The notes under the pieces are model-generated. The model ran no database searches. It had not been told where the DNA came from and was given only the letters and a program-made list of their open reading frames with translations. This document shows, one piece after another, positions 35,513 to 45,643 of a stretch of 64,000 nucleotides of DNA. Each line of letters opens with the position of its first letter. Position 1 is the stretch's first letter. The position numbers and the translations under genes were made by a program. The stretch spans positions 39,942 to 103,941 of the forward strand of contig CAWJMZ010000004.1 of NCBI GenBank assembly GCA_963844265.1, given 5' to 3'. Source of the DNA: an uncultured Chloroflexia bacterium. GTDB taxonomy: Bacteria; Chloroflexota; Limnocylindria; QHBO01.

Positions 35513-36853
35513 ATGTCAGCGCTGCCTGAGCGACCGCCCTTCGCGCTGCGTGCCCGACTCCTGTCTCCGCTCTCCGACGGCGGGACGCTGGACGAGCTCG
35601 ACGGGCTGATCGAGGTGGACGCGGCCGGGCGCCTGGTCCGGGCCGAGCGGTGGCCGGGGAGCGGGGTGCCGGACGCGATCGACCTGCGTCCGATGGTCGT
35701 CATCCCCGGACTCGTCGACCTCCACGCCCACCTCCCCCAGATCCCGAATGCCGGCCTCGGCAGCGGCCTCGACCTGCTGACCTGGCTCGATCGGTACATC
35801 TTCCCGCTCGAACGTGCCTACGACCGCGCGGTGGCCGAGCAACAGGCGCCTGCCGCGTTCCGTGCCTTCGCGGCCGCCGGGACGACGACGGTGGTGGCGT
35901 ACGCGGCGTTGTGGGCCGATTCCACCGATGCCGTGTTCGCGGCGGCCGAGGCGCACGGCATCCGCGCGATCATCGGCAAGGTGATGATGGATCGCATCAC
36001 CTATGACGACCGGATCGCCCCGAACGAGATCCTCGAGACCAGCCTGCGGCAATCGGACGAGCTGGCGGCGCGATGGCACGGCACCGATGGCGGGCGGCTG
36101 CGCTACGCGTTCACGCCGCGCTTCGCCGTGAGCTGCTCGGCCGAGATGATGCGGGAGTCGGCCTCCCTCGCGGCCCGCCACGGGGCGTACGTGCAGACGC
36201 ACCTCTCCGAGGACGACGGGGAGATCGGCGAGGTGCGACGGCTGTTCCCCGAGGCAACCGACTACCTCGACGTGTACGACCGCGCAGGGGCGCTGGGCCC
36301 GCGGACCATCCTGGCCCACGCGATCCATCTCTCCGACCGCGAGGTCGGGCGCCTGGTCGACTCGGATTCGCGCGTGGCGCATTGCCCGGCCTCCAACCTG
36401 TTCCTGTCCAGCGGCCTCATGCCGCTCGGCGCATACCGCGCCGCCGGCATGACGGTCGGGCTCGGCAGCGACGTCGCCGCCGGGCCGGAGCTCTCCCTGT
36501 TCACCGTCATGCGCGCCGGGGCCGTCACCCAGCGGATGCTCGAGCTGACCGGGCGCGCGGATCGGTCGAGCGCCGTCCACGGCGTCGACTGGCTTCGACT
36601 GGCGACGCTCGCCGGTGCCACGGCGCTGGGGCAGGAGGCGGAGATCGGGTCCCTGGAAGCCGGCAAGGAGGCCGATCTGGTGGCAGTCGACCCGCGGCTC
36701 ACGACGCCGCTGCCGGGCGACGAGCCGCCCCTGCAGTCCGCGGACGACGTGATGAGCCGGCTGATGTTCCGGCCGCACCCGGACATGGTGCGCGGCGCGT
36801 GGGTGCGCGGTCGCTTGCTCGCCGGGCCGCCGGGGCTGGACGGCATCGGCTAG
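35513..36853 (+). CDS. guaD: Guanine deaminase-like amidohydrolase
   Basis: PGLVDLHAHLPQ is the metal-binding HxH motif in a guanine-deaminase-like context. Also present are HLSED, ILAHAIHL and GLGSDVAAG. Confidence 0.8.
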   Translation: MSALPERPPFALRARLLSPLSDGGTLDELDGLIEVDAAGRLVRAERWPGSGVPDAIDLRPMVVIPGLVDLHAHLPQIPNAGLGSGLDLLTWLDRYIFPLERAYDRAVAEQQAPAAFRAFAAAGTTTVVAYAALWADSTDAVFAAAEAHGIRAIIGKVMMDRITYDDRIAPNEILETSLRQSDELAARWHGTDGGRLRYAFTPRFAVSCSAEMMRESASLAARHGAYVQTHLSEDDGEIGEVRRLFPEATDYLDVYDRAGALGPRTILAHAIHLSDREVGRLVDSDSRVAHCPASNLFLSSGLMPLGAYRAAGMTVGLGSDVAAGPELSLFTVMRAGAVTQRMLELTGRADRSSAVHGVDWLRLATLAGATALGQEAEIGSLEAGKEADLVAVDPRLTTPLPGDEPPLQSADDVMSRLMFRPHPDMVRGAWVRGRLLAGPPGLDGIG

Positions 36854-36863
36854 GCTGTCGCCC

Positions 36864-37244
36864 ATGGATCGCGTCATTCAGCTGCTCATCAACGCCGGCG
36901 CGCTGTACGTGGCCGTGCTGATCATCGACGGCCTGGACTTCTCCTTCGACGGCGAGAACGCCTGGCTGAAGTTCGTGGTGGTGGCCTTCATCTTCGGACT
37001 CGTCAACACGTTCGTGAAGCCCATCCTGAGGCTGCTGACCCTGCCGATCACGATGATGACGCTCGGCCTGTTCCTGTTGATCATCAACGCCCTGATGCTC
37101 CTGCTGACCGGGTGGATCTCGGACCAGCTCGACCTCGGCTTCGTCGTCGACGGATTCCTGCCGGCCCTGCTCGGGGCGGTCGTGATCAGCATCGTGGGCT
37201 TCCTCCTGTCGACGGTGATCGGCGCCACGCGTCGCGCCACCTGA
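36864..37244 (+). CDS. Four-TM membrane protein of the 'phage holin 4_2' (PF04020-like) family
   Basis: Contains LINAGALYVAVLIIDG...FIFGLVNTFVKPILRLLTLPITMMTLGLFLLIINALML. TAGGCT lies 7 nt upstream of the ATG. Confidence 0.8.
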   Translation: MDRVIQLLINAGALYVAVLIIDGLDFSFDGENAWLKFVVVAFIFGLVNTFVKPILRLLTLPITMMTLGLFLLIINALMLLLTGWISDQLDLGFVVDGFLPALLGAVVISIVGFLLSTVIGATRRAT

Positions 37245-37255
37245 CACAGTCCCCG

Positions 37256-37930
37256 GTGGAGCGCGCGCCCTGGCCTATCGGCCTGCTGTTCGGCCTGTCC
37301 CTGGCGATCGTGATCCTGCTCGCCGGCCCGCTGCTCCTGTTCAACCCGCCCTTCACCTCCGCCCTCCAGGTTCGGCACGACGTGGCGGATGCGTTCGAAA
37401 CAACGCAGGCCGAGATCGAGCGGGTGACGGGCTCCTACCTGGCCGATATCTACCTCGGCGGTCCGTTCGATGCCGTGCTCGACGGCGCCGAACCCCTGCT
37501 CAATTCGGACGAACGCTCGCACATGCGCGACGTATCGACGCTCGTGCGAATCCTGGCCGCGATCCTGGGAGTGGCGGCGGTGGTGGCCGTGGTGACCGGC
37601 CTGCGGCTGCGCCGCGAGCCGCGACGGCAGGGCGAGATCATGCTCATCGCCGCCGGCTCGGTCGGCGCGACCGCCGTCTTGCTGGCCGTGCTGTTCGCCG
37701 TCGCCTTCGACTGGGCATTCGCCGTGTTCCACCAGCTGCTGTTCCCGCCGGGAACGTGGCAGTTCGAGTCGGGCTCAAACCTCATCACGCTGTTTCCTGA
37801 GGCGTTCTGGTTCGACGCGGCCCTGGCTGCAGGTGCCGCGATCGTCCTGACGGCGATGATCGTGACGGTGATCGGCATCCTCCGATGGCGCTCCGGCCGG
37901 GACCCTGCGGAGCCGGTCGCGCAGGCCTGA
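37256..37930 (+). CDS. TIGR01906/DUF1461-like integral membrane protein
   Basis: GTG start, four predicted TM helices, then ERSHMRDV...FAVFHQLLFPPGTWQFESGSNLITLFPEAFW. This matches the DUF1461 pattern as I recall it. Confidence 0.7.
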   Translation: MERAPWPIGLLFGLSLAIVILLAGPLLLFNPPFTSALQVRHDVADAFETTQAEIERVTGSYLADIYLGGPFDAVLDGAEPLLNSDERSHMRDVSTLVRILAAILGVAAVVAVVTGLRLRREPRRQGEIMLIAAGSVGATAVLLAVLFAVAFDWAFAVFHQLLFPPGTWQFESGSNLITLFPEAFWFDAALAAGAAIVLTAMIVTVIGILRWRSGRDPAEPVAQA

Positions 37931-37944
37931 TCTAGACTCGCCGC

Positions 37945-39072
37945 ATGGGACCCGGCTGGAGGATCGGCCGATTGGCCGGCATCGACCTCGCGATCCATCC
38001 GTCGTGGCTGGTGATTGCCTTCCTGGTCACCTACTCGCTGGCGGAGTTCCAGTTCCCGGCGCTCTATGACGACTGGTCGGCCAGCGCGTACTGGGGCGTC
38101 GCGGTGGCGACGGCGATCCTGTTCTTCGTCTCGGTCCTGGCACACGAGGTGTCGCACGCGCTCGTGGCGCGGCGCTTCGGCCTGAAGGTGGAAGGCATCA
38201 CGCTGTTCATCTTCGGCGGCGCGACGTCGATCGACGAGGACTCCCGCACGCCGCGCGAGGAGGCGCTGATCGCGATCGCCGGGCCGGCGACCAGCCTGCT
38301 GGTGGGCCTGGTGCTCCTCGGCGGCGACGTGGTGATCGACCAGCCCCAGCTCGCGGCGCTGCTTGGCTGGCTCGGCTTCATCAACGTCCTGCTGGGCCTG
38401 TTCAACCTCATCCCCGGCTTCCCCATGGACGGGGGCCGCGTGCTGCGGGCGATCCTGTGGCGGGTCCGTGGGGACCGTCTGGTGGCGACCCGTAACGCGG
38501 CCATCGTCGGCCGCGCCTTCGCATACCTGCTCATCGGCATCGGCGTCTTCATTGCGCTGCGCCCGGGCGGCAGCATCTTCAGCGGCCTGTGGCTGGCGCT
38601 CATCGGCTGGTTCCTGTCGAACGCCGCGGAGGCGACGGTGGCGCAGGCCGGCGTCGAGCGCAGCCTGCATGGGGTGCGCGTGCGGGATGCGATGGAGACC
38701 GAGCCGGTCACGGTGTCACCCAACGAGCCGGTGTCGGAGCTCGTCGAGGAGCGGATGCTGCGTGGCGACGACCGCTCGTTCCTGGTGCGGCATGAGGACG
38801 GGGGACTGGCCGGCGTGGTGACCCTCGGTGACGTTCGGCGTCTGCCGCGCCAGGACTGGGTCGACGCCCGCGTGACCGACATCATGACCCGCTACGGCGA
38901 CCTGGCGACGATCGGGCCCGATGCTCCGCTGGCCGAGGCGCTGCGGCTCATCCAACAGAAGGAGATTGGGCAGCTGCCGGTGGTCGAGGACGACGGGCGT
39001 CAGCCGCTTGGCGTCGTCACCCGTCGCGGGATCCTGCGTCTCATCGAGGCGCGCATGAAGCTCGGCATGTAA
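37945..39072 (+). CDS. Site-2 protease (M50) with a C-terminal CBS pair
   Basis: It has the HEVSHALVA zinc motif and NLIPGFPMDGG, followed by two CBS repeats (VRDAM...VTV and VTDIMT...LPVVED). TAGACT lies 6 nt upstream of the ATG. Confidence 0.88.
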   Translation: MGPGWRIGRLAGIDLAIHPSWLVIAFLVTYSLAEFQFPALYDDWSASAYWGVAVATAILFFVSVLAHEVSHALVARRFGLKVEGITLFIFGGATSIDEDSRTPREEALIAIAGPATSLLVGLVLLGGDVVIDQPQLAALLGWLGFINVLLGLFNLIPGFPMDGGRVLRAILWRVRGDRLVATRNAAIVGRAFAYLLIGIGVFIALRPGGSIFSGLWLALIGWFLSNAAEATVAQAGVERSLHGVRVRDAMETEPVTVSPNEPVSELVEERMLRGDDRSFLVRHEDGGLAGVVTLGDVRRLPRQDWVDARVTDIMTRYGDLATIGPDAPLAEALRLIQQKEIGQLPVVEDDGRQPLGVVTRRGILRLIEARMKLGM

Positions 39073-39078
39073 AGGCCG

Positions 39079-40281
39079 ATGCTGTCGCTCGATGAGGCGT
39101 ATGCGCGCCTCCTGGCTCGCGCCAGCCTGACCGATGGCGAGACCGTTCCGCTCATCGACGCCGTTGGGCGCGTGCTCGTCGACCCGAAGGTGGTGGCCGG
39201 TCTCGACGTCCCCGGCTTCGACAACTCCGCCATGGACGGCTACGCGGTCCGCGCCGCCGATACCCCGGGCACGCTGCCGCTTGCTGGGGAGGTCGCGGCC
39301 GGGATGGCCGTCCTGCCGACGGTGGAGGCGGGTACCACGGTCCGGATCATGACCGGGGCGCCGCTCCCGCCCGGCGCCGATGCGGTCGTTCCCATCGAGG
39401 AAGCGAACGAGTCCGATGGCGTGGTCGAGCTCGCTGGAGCGAGCCCGGGCGCGCACGTCCGCACCGCCGGCCACGACACGATGGCCGGCGACGAGATCTG
39501 CCTGCCCGACGAGCTCACCCCCGCGAAGATCGCCGTGCTCGCCTCGCTCGGCCTGGGCGCCGTCGGAGTGCGTCGGCGACCCGTCGTCGCCATCCTGTCG
39601 ACCGGCGACGAGCTGGTCGGGGCAGGGGAGCCGCTCGGTGCGCACCAGGTGCACGACGCGAACGGCGTGGCCCTGGCCGCCGCAGTGCACGAGGCCGGCG
39701 GCGAGCCGCTCGTCCTGCCACGAGCCGGTGACGACGCCGACGAGATCGAGCGCACGTTGACCGACGCCGCGACGGCCGCGGACCTCCTCGTCACGTCGGC
39801 CGGCGTGTCCGTTGGCCGCCACGATCACGTCCGTGCTGTCCTCGAGCGGCGCGGCGCGCTGGACTTCTGGCGGATCGCGATCCAGCCCGGCAAGCCGCTG
39901 GCAGTCGGGGAGCTCGGCGGCCGCACGATCATCGGCCTTCCGGGCAACCCGGTCAGCGCGCTCGTGGTGTTCGAGCTCTTCGTCCGCCCGTTCATTCGCG
40001 CCATGCTCGGCCTGAGCGGCGACGGGCGGCTTCACCTGCGGGCGCGTCCGGACCGGCTGATCTCGAAGGACCCGAAGCGCAGGGCCTTCCTTCGCGTCAA
40101 CGTGTGGCACGAGGAGGGCGAGATCCACGCGAGCCCGGCCGGTGGCCAGCAGTCGAGCCAGCTGCGCCCGATGGCCGAGGCGAACGCCCTGCTCGTCGTT
40201 CCCGAGGGCGCCGACGCGGCGTACCCGCCGCAGTCGTACGAGGCGATCGTGCTCCAGCCGCTGCTCCTGACCGGCCGATGA
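39079..40281 (+). CDS. moeA: Molybdopterin molybdenumtransferase
   Basis: Contains [19 protein letters not shown] and [11 protein letters not shown]. Confidence 0.93.
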   Translation: MLSLDEAYARLLARASLTDGETVPLIDAVGRVLVDPKVVAGLDVPGFDNSAMDGYAVRAADTPGTLPLAGEVAAGMAVLPTVEAGTTVRIMTGAPLPPGADAVVPIEEANESDGVVELAGASPGAHVRTAGHDTMAGDEICLPDELTPAKIAVLASLGLGAVGVRRRPVVAILSTGDELVGAGEPLGAHQVHDANGVALAAAVHEAGGEPLVLPRAGDDADEIERTLTDAATAADLLVTSAGVSVGRHDHVRAVLERRGALDFWRIAIQPGKPLAVGELGGRTIIGLPGNPVSALVVFELFVRPFIRAMLGLSGDGRLHLRARPDRLISKDPKRRAFLRVNVWHEEGEIHASPAGGQQSSQLRPMAEANALLVVPEGADAAYPPQSYEAIVLQPLLLTGR

Positions 40282-41246
40282 AACCGAGCCATCTCGACGA
40301 CCAGGGAGCGCCGCGCATGGTGGACGTCGGCGCCAAGCCGGTGACAGCGCGCCGCGCGGTCGCGACCGCCGTGGTCCGCGTTCGGCCCGAAGTCCTGGCC
40401 ACCCTGCTCGATGCCGGCGGGCCGAAGGGGGATGCGTTCGTCACCGCGCGCCTCGCCGGCATCGGCGCGGCGAAGCGCACCGCGGAGCTCATCCCGCTCT
40501 GCCATCCATTGCCGCTCGACCGCGTCGATGTCGAGCTCACCCCGGACCGGGAGGGGGGCACGGTCACCGTTCGGGCCGAGGCCAGCGTCATCGCACGGAC
40601 CGGCGTCGAGATGGAGGCCATGGTGGCCGCGTCGGTGGCAGCCCTGACCCTGTACGACATGGCGAAGGCCCTGCAGCGGGACATCGTCATCGAGGAGGTT
40701 CGGCTGGTCGAGAAGTCCGGCGGCAGCTCCGGCGACTGGCCCGCGACCGATGCGCCGCGCCCGGCGGCCGAGCACGAGGCGGTGGTCGTCACCTGTTCGA
40801 ACCGGTCTGCGACGGGAGAGCGGGAGGACGCCTCCGGCCCGGCGCTGGTGGAGCGGCTGCGCGGCGAGGGGTACGACGTGGCGCCCGACCCGATCGTGGT
40901 GCGCGACGACGAGGGCGAGATCGCGACGCAGCTCGCGACGCTTGCCGATGCCGGCCATCGGCTGGTCCTCACCACCGGCGGCACCGGCCTGACCCCGACC
41001 GACGTGACACCCGCGGCAACGCGACGCGTGATCGACCGAGAGGTCCCCGGCCTGGCGGAGCTGATGCGCTCGGCCGGCATGGCCTCGACACCGATGGCGG
41101 CGCTGTCGCGCGCGGTGGTCGGGTCGCGCGGTTCGACCCTGATCGCCAACCTGCCCGGATCGCCGAGGGCGGCGACCGAGTCGCTGGCGGCACTGCTGCC
41201 GGTGCTCCGTCACGCGCTCGATCAGCTGGCCGGCGGCGATCACTAG
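40278..41246 (+). CDS. moaC: Fusion of cyclic pyranopterin monophosphate synthase (MoaC) and a MoaB/MogA-type domain
   Basis: The start overlaps the moeA stop by ATGA. The MoaC part has [17 protein letters not shown] and TGVEMEAM. The MogA/MoaB part has [18 protein letters not shown] and [17 protein letters not shown]. Confidence 0.9.
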   Translation: MKPSHLDDQGAPRMVDVGAKPVTARRAVATAVVRVRPEVLATLLDAGGPKGDAFVTARLAGIGAAKRTAELIPLCHPLPLDRVDVELTPDREGGTVTVRAEASVIARTGVEMEAMVAASVAALTLYDMAKALQRDIVIEEVRLVEKSGGSSGDWPATDAPRPAAEHEAVVVTCSNRSATGEREDASGPALVERLRGEGYDVAPDPIVVRDDEGEIATQLATLADAGHRLVLTTGGTGLTPTDVTPAATRRVIDREVPGLAELMRSAGMASTPMAALSRAVVGSRGSTLIANLPGSPRAATESLAALLPVLRHALDQLAGGDH

Positions 41247-41259
41247 CGGGTCTGATCGG

Positions 41260-42606
41260 GTGCGGGTAGGATCGGCGGCGGTGACCGACGAGTCTGGCGC
41301 CCGGCGCACGTTATCGGTCCGGCAGGCCGCCTTCATCGGCGTGGCCTCGATGGTCGGCGCGGGCATCTTCTCGCTGCTCGGGGCAGCGGGCGAGGTCGCC
41401 GGGTCGGCCGTCTGGATCTCGTTCGTCCTGGCGGGCATCGTCGCCGCCCTCCAGGGCTACTCATTCGCGAAGCTCGGTGCGCGGTTCCCGTCGGCGGGCG
41501 GCCTGCTCGAGTACGTCGTGCGCGGCTACGGCAACGGCCACGTCACGGGCATCGTGGCGTGGCTGGTCATCGCGGTGAACGCGATCATCACCGCCATGGT
41601 TGCCGTCTCGTTCGGCAGCTATGCCGCCAGCGCCATCGGCGCCGATGACCCCGCCCTGGCGACCAAGGCGTTCGCGGCACTGCTCATCCTGGCCATGAGC
41701 CTCCTCAACGTCCTCGGCTCGACGGCCGTGGCACGCGTGCAGTCCATCATCGTCGTGGTCGTCATCAGCATCCTGTCGCTGTTCGCCGTCGCCACCCTCG
41801 CCAACGCCGACTTCGGGCTCCTGGCGCCGGCGACGTATCCGCCGGTGCGGGACATCGTGGCGAGCGTGGCGCTCACGTTCTTCGCATTCCTCGGCTTCGG
41901 CGTCATCACCTTCACCGCCGGCGAGCTCGCCGACCCGGCACGACAGCTGCGGCCCGCCGTGTTCCTGGCCATCGGAATCGCGATGACCATGTACGTGGCC
42001 GTCGCGCTCGGCGTGTTCGGGACCCTGACGGTCGACGAGGTCATCGCCTCCGGCGGCACCGCGCTCGCCGTCGCTGCCGAGCCCGTCCTCGGGCAGGCGG
42101 GATACTGGCTGATGACCGTCACCGCACTCTTTGCGACCTCCGGCGCGACCAACGCCGGGCTGTATCCCGCCGCAGGGCTGTCGCAGCACCTCGTATCGAT
42201 CGGCCAGTTCCCGCCGCTCCTTGCCATCCGCATCGGCGGAAGGCTGCCGGCCGGGCTCCTGCTCACCGCGGTCGTCGCGATCATCCTGGCGGTCGGGTTC
42301 GACCTCAATGCCATCGCCTCCATCGGCAGCGTGGTCGCGCTGGTCGTCTTCACGATGATCGGGGTCGGCCACTTTCGGATTCGGCGGGAAACCGGCGCGC
42401 AGGGCTGGATCATCGGCCTGGGCATCGTGGGCGCGGCGGTCGTCCTGCTGCTGTTCGCGCCGACCCTCGCGGAGGAGCCGCTGACGGCCGTGGCGCTGGT
42501 GGTCGTGCTCGTCCAGAGCCTCGTGCTCGACTTCCTCTGGAAGCGGGCGCGGGACTCGGGGCCCGCGAACGACCCATCTGGCGCCTCCGGGCCCGGCACG
42601 CCGTAG
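41260..42606 (+). CDS. APC-family amino acid/polyamine permease
   Basis: It has about 12 TM helices and FIGVASMVGAGIFSLLG. The start may instead be the GTG at 41281, which lies 8 nt after a TAGGAT box (41267-41272). Confidence 0.88.
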   Translation: MRVGSAAVTDESGARRTLSVRQAAFIGVASMVGAGIFSLLGAAGEVAGSAVWISFVLAGIVAALQGYSFAKLGARFPSAGGLLEYVVRGYGNGHVTGIVAWLVIAVNAIITAMVAVSFGSYAASAIGADDPALATKAFAALLILAMSLLNVLGSTAVARVQSIIVVVVISILSLFAVATLANADFGLLAPATYPPVRDIVASVALTFFAFLGFGVITFTAGELADPARQLRPAVFLAIGIAMTMYVAVALGVFGTLTVDEVIASGGTALAVAAEPVLGQAGYWLMTVTALFATSGATNAGLYPAAGLSQHLVSIGQFPPLLAIRIGGRLPAGLLLTAVVAIILAVGFDLNAIASIGSVVALVVFTMIGVGHFRIRRETGAQGWIIGLGIVGAAVVLLLFAPTLAEEPLTAVALVVVLVQSLVLDFLWKRARDSGPANDPSGASGPGTP

Positions 42607-42648
42607 CCGCATCGGTCCGACGGGCCGCGGCTACCATGGCGCGGATCC

Positions 42649-44880
42649 ATGGAAGCCTCCATTCCCCTCTACCCCCTGATCGTGGTGCCCGTCGTCGTGG
42701 CGGGCATCGTCTTCTGGCGTCGGGCGAGGTGGCACCTTGCGGTCCTGCGAGCGGGCCGGCCGTTGGAGCGGTCGGATCGGGTCCGTTCGCGGATCGCATC
42801 GCTCGGGGTGTTCGTCATCGGCCAGCGGAGGCTCCTCCAGGACCTTGGCCCGGGCCTGGCGCACGCGTTCGTGTTCTGGGGCTTCATCGTGCTGCTGGCA
42901 ACCACCGGCAACTACATCACGAACGGCCTGGTCGAGGCGATCCTCGGCTGGCCCTTCGGCGGCTTCCTCTGGAGCGTCGTGACGTTCTTCGCGAACGTCT
43001 TTGTCGGCCTGGTGCTCGCATCGGTCGTGTACTACGTCGTCCGCCGCACCGTCGTCCGACCCGCGCGCCTCGCGCTGACCCGGGACGCGTTCATCATCCT
43101 CGGCCTGATCTTTGCCATCGTCCTGACCGAGCTGATCGGCGACGCCCTCCTCTACGTCGTTGAGCCCCAGCATCCCGCGCGGCCGTGGGCGATCCTGGCG
43201 GGTCCACTCAGCCTGGCCCTCGCACCCCTCGGGACGGCAACCGCGGAGATCGGCTTCGGCATCATGGCCTGGGCGCACATCCTGCTCGTGCTCGGTTTCG
43301 GCGCGTACCTGGCGTACAGCAAGCACCTCCACATCATCAGCAGCGAGCCGAACGTCTACTTCAGAAACCTCGAGCCGCGCGGAGCGCTGCGCAAGATGGA
43401 CCTCGAGGCCGAGCCAGAGGACGGCGACGAGCTTCCCGTCTTCGGCGCGAAGGGGCTGAAGGACCTCACCTGGCGTCACCTGCTCGATCCGCTTGCCTGC
43501 ACCGAGTGCGGCCGCTGCATGGAGTTCTGCCCTGCATCGGTCACGGGCAAGACCCTGAGCCCGAAGCACCTGATGGAGGGCCTGCGGGACCAGATCCTGG
43601 TGGCCGAGACGGCGCTGGCGGCGGCGGCATCGGCCCAGCGGGCCTGGAAGGGGGGAGCGAACGGTGGGGCCGCGGCCTCGGAGGATGCGCTGAACCTCGC
43701 CCGGCAGCGCGCGGAGGAAGCGCTCAGCCTGCCGCTGATGGACAACGCCATCCCGGAGGAGGCGGTCTGGCAGTGCACCACCTGCGGGTGGTGCGTCGAG
43801 GGCTGCCCGGTGCTGATCGAGCACGTCGATACCATCGTGGAGATCCGCCGCAATGCGGTCCTGGAGGAGAGCCGCTTCCCGAAGGAGCTGAACGCCGCCT
43901 TCCGCAACATGGAGAACGCCGGCAACCCGTGGGGCCAGCCGAAGTCGGCGCGGCTCGACTGGGCCAAGGGGCTCGATGTCGACGTGCTGGGCGAGGCCGA
44001 TGCGCGTGCCCGAACCAACGGCACCGGCACGCCCTGGCGCACGGTGTACGAGCCGAGGCCGTCCGGAGACCCGCTCGACGGCGGCGTCCTGTTCTGGATC
44101 GGGTGCGCGGGCGCCTTCGACGACCGCAATCGCAAGGTCGTGCGGGCAATGGCCCAGCTCCTTCGGCAGGCGGATGTGCCGTTCGCGGTGCTCGGCACGG
44201 CCGAGACGTGCACCGGCGACCCGGCACGCCGCGCAGGCAACGAGTACCTCTTCCAGATGCTGGCCGAGGAGAACGTCGCCACCCTCTCGTCGGCCCACGC
44301 CGAGCACGGCATCTCGACGATCGTCGCGACCTGCCCGCACTGCTTCAACACGATCAAGAATGAATACCCGCAGTTCGGCCTGCGGGGCGTGCAGGTCCTG
44401 CATCACACCCAGCTGCTGGATCGGCTCGTGGCCGAGGGCCGGCTCGTGCCATCCGAGCATCACGAGGCGGTCATCGCCTACCACGACGCCTGCTACCTCG
44501 GCCGCTATAACGACGTGTACGACGAGGGCCGCCGGGTCGTCGAGGCCGTGCCCGGTCAGTCCGTCGTGGAGATGGATCTCCACCACCGGCGCGGGATGTG
44601 CTGCGGAGCCGGTGGCGCGCGGATGTGGATGGAGGAGCACGAGGGCAGCCGCATCAACCACAAGCGCGCCGAGCAGGCATTGGCCAAAGGGCCCGATGCC
44701 ATCGCCACCGCCTGCCCGTTCTGCCTGATCATGCTGCGCGACGGGACGACCGACCTCCAGCGCACCGACGTCGCCGTGCGTGACGTGGCCGAGCTGCTGG
44801 CCGATGCGACCGGCGCTTGGACCCGCGACGTGACGACGGAGCCCGCGATTCCTGCCAGATCGACACCGGCAGACGGTTAG
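42649..44880 (+). CDS. Membrane-anchored Fe-S oxidoreductase: N-terminal polytopic domain, two 4Fe-4S motifs and two CCG domains (Rv0338c/EtfD-like)
   Basis: About six TM helices are followed by CTECGRCMEFCP and CTTCGWCVEGCP. Cysteine-rich CCG-type motifs are also present (CAGAFD, CPHCFNT, CYLGR, ATACPFC). Confidence 0.88.
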   Translation: MEASIPLYPLIVVPVVVAGIVFWRRARWHLAVLRAGRPLERSDRVRSRIASLGVFVIGQRRLLQDLGPGLAHAFVFWGFIVLLATTGNYITNGLVEAILGWPFGGFLWSVVTFFANVFVGLVLASVVYYVVRRTVVRPARLALTRDAFIILGLIFAIVLTELIGDALLYVVEPQHPARPWAILAGPLSLALAPLGTATAEIGFGIMAWAHILLVLGFGAYLAYSKHLHIISSEPNVYFRNLEPRGALRKMDLEAEPEDGDELPVFGAKGLKDLTWRHLLDPLACTECGRCMEFCPASVTGKTLSPKHLMEGLRDQILVAETALAAAASAQRAWKGGANGGAAASEDALNLARQRAEEALSLPLMDNAIPEEAVWQCTTCGWCVEGCPVLIEHVDTIVEIRRNAVLEESRFPKELNAAFRNMENAGNPWGQPKSARLDWAKGLDVDVLGEADARARTNGTGTPWRTVYEPRPSGDPLDGGVLFWIGCAGAFDDRNRKVVRAMAQLLRQADVPFAVLGTAETCTGDPARRAGNEYLFQMLAEENVATLSSAHAEHGISTIVATCPHCFNTIKNEYPQFGLRGVQVLHHTQLLDRLVAEGRLVPSEHHEAVIAYHDACYLGRYNDVYDEGRRVVEAVPGQSVVEMDLHHRRGMCCGAGGARMWMEEHEGSRINHKRAEQALAKGPDAIATACPFCLIMLRDGTTDLQRTDVAVRDVAELLADATGAWTRDVTTEPAIPARSTPADG

Positions 44881-44902
44881 GAAGCGTCGGACTGCTCGAA
44901 CT

Positions 44903-44922
44903 CTGCCATTTCGTCATGGCAG
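44903..44922 (+). terminator. Hairpin CTGCCAT-ttcgtc-ATGGCAG after the Fe-S oxidoreductase gene
   Basis: A perfect 7-bp stem starts 23 nt after the stop. There is no U-tract. Confidence 0.3.
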
Positions 44923-45048
44923 GACGATTCGGCAGGATCCGACGCAGACGGCCGCGCTCAGGGCGCTTCGCTATCGACGTCTGACCTCGCCTAGTCGTCC
45001 CCACCAGACGATCTGGCAATAAGTGGTGCGCCCAGGGAAGGGGGACCA

Positions 45049-45105
45049 CGGAATCCGCACCGCGGCACGGATTCCGCAGGAATCGACGCCGCAGGCTGCG
45101 GAATG
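45049..45105. promoter_or_regulatory. Array of GGAWTCC-type sites upstream of the Lrp/AsnC gene
   Basis: Two full sites are present: CACGGAATCCGCA (core 45049-45057) and CACGGATTCCGCA (core 45068-45076), each a 9-bp palindrome. Two partial sites follow: GGAATCG (45079-45085) and GCGGAATG (45098-45105). The array ends at the -35-like hexamer. Confidence 0.45.
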
Positions 45106-45135
45106 TTGACCCGGATGGGGCCATCCGGCTACGCT
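45106..45135 (+). promoter_or_regulatory. Candidate promoter TTGACC-N18-TACGCT, 6 nt before the ATG at 45142
   Basis: The -35-like box is at 45106-45111 and the -10-like box at 45130-45135. The start codon lies 6 nt downstream, making this a leaderless candidate. Confidence 0.4.
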
Positions 45136-45141
45136 CCGCGC

Positions 45142-45633
45142 ATGACGGTGCGGTCCATTCAGCAGCAGTCCGGCGGACGGCGCCCGCTGCTCGACGACCT
45201 CGACAAGGCCATCATCAAGGCCCTGCAGCTGGACGGAAGACGCCCCTACGCCCAGATCGGACGGCAGCTGCAGGTGCCCGAGGCAACGGTTCGGCAGCGG
45301 GCCGAGCGGCTGATCACGAGGCGCGTGGTCCAGGTGGTCGGGGTGACCGATCCGCTGGCCATGGGTTTCCAGCAGCCCGCGCTGATCGGCCTCAAGGTGG
45401 ATCCGGGGCGGCTGGACCGCATCGCGGAGCAGATCGCCGAGCTGGAGGAGGTGACGTACGTCGTCATCACCGCGGGCCGCTACGACCTGTTCTGCGAAGT
45501 CGTGTGCGAGGACAACGAGCACCTGCTGCGCGTCGTCACCGACCGGTTCGCGTCGATCGAGGGCATCCGCTCGACCGAGATTCTGGTCGAGCTGCGCTTC
45601 GTCAAGGAGAGCTACCAGTGGGGGGCTCGCTAG
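45142..45633 (+). CDS. Lrp/AsnC-family transcriptional regulator
   Basis: LDDLDKAIIKALQLDGRRPYAQIGRQLQVPEATVRQRAERLI is the HTH_AsnC region, followed by a RAM-like C-terminal domain. An alternative ATG lies at 45103. Confidence 0.88.
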   Translation: MTVRSIQQQSGGRRPLLDDLDKAIIKALQLDGRRPYAQIGRQLQVPEATVRQRAERLITRRVVQVVGVTDPLAMGFQQPALIGLKVDPGRLDRIAEQIAELEEVTYVVITAGRYDLFCEVVCEDNEHLLRVVTDRFASIEGIRSTEILVELRFVKESYQWGAR

Positions 45634-45643
45634 GAGGTCGACC

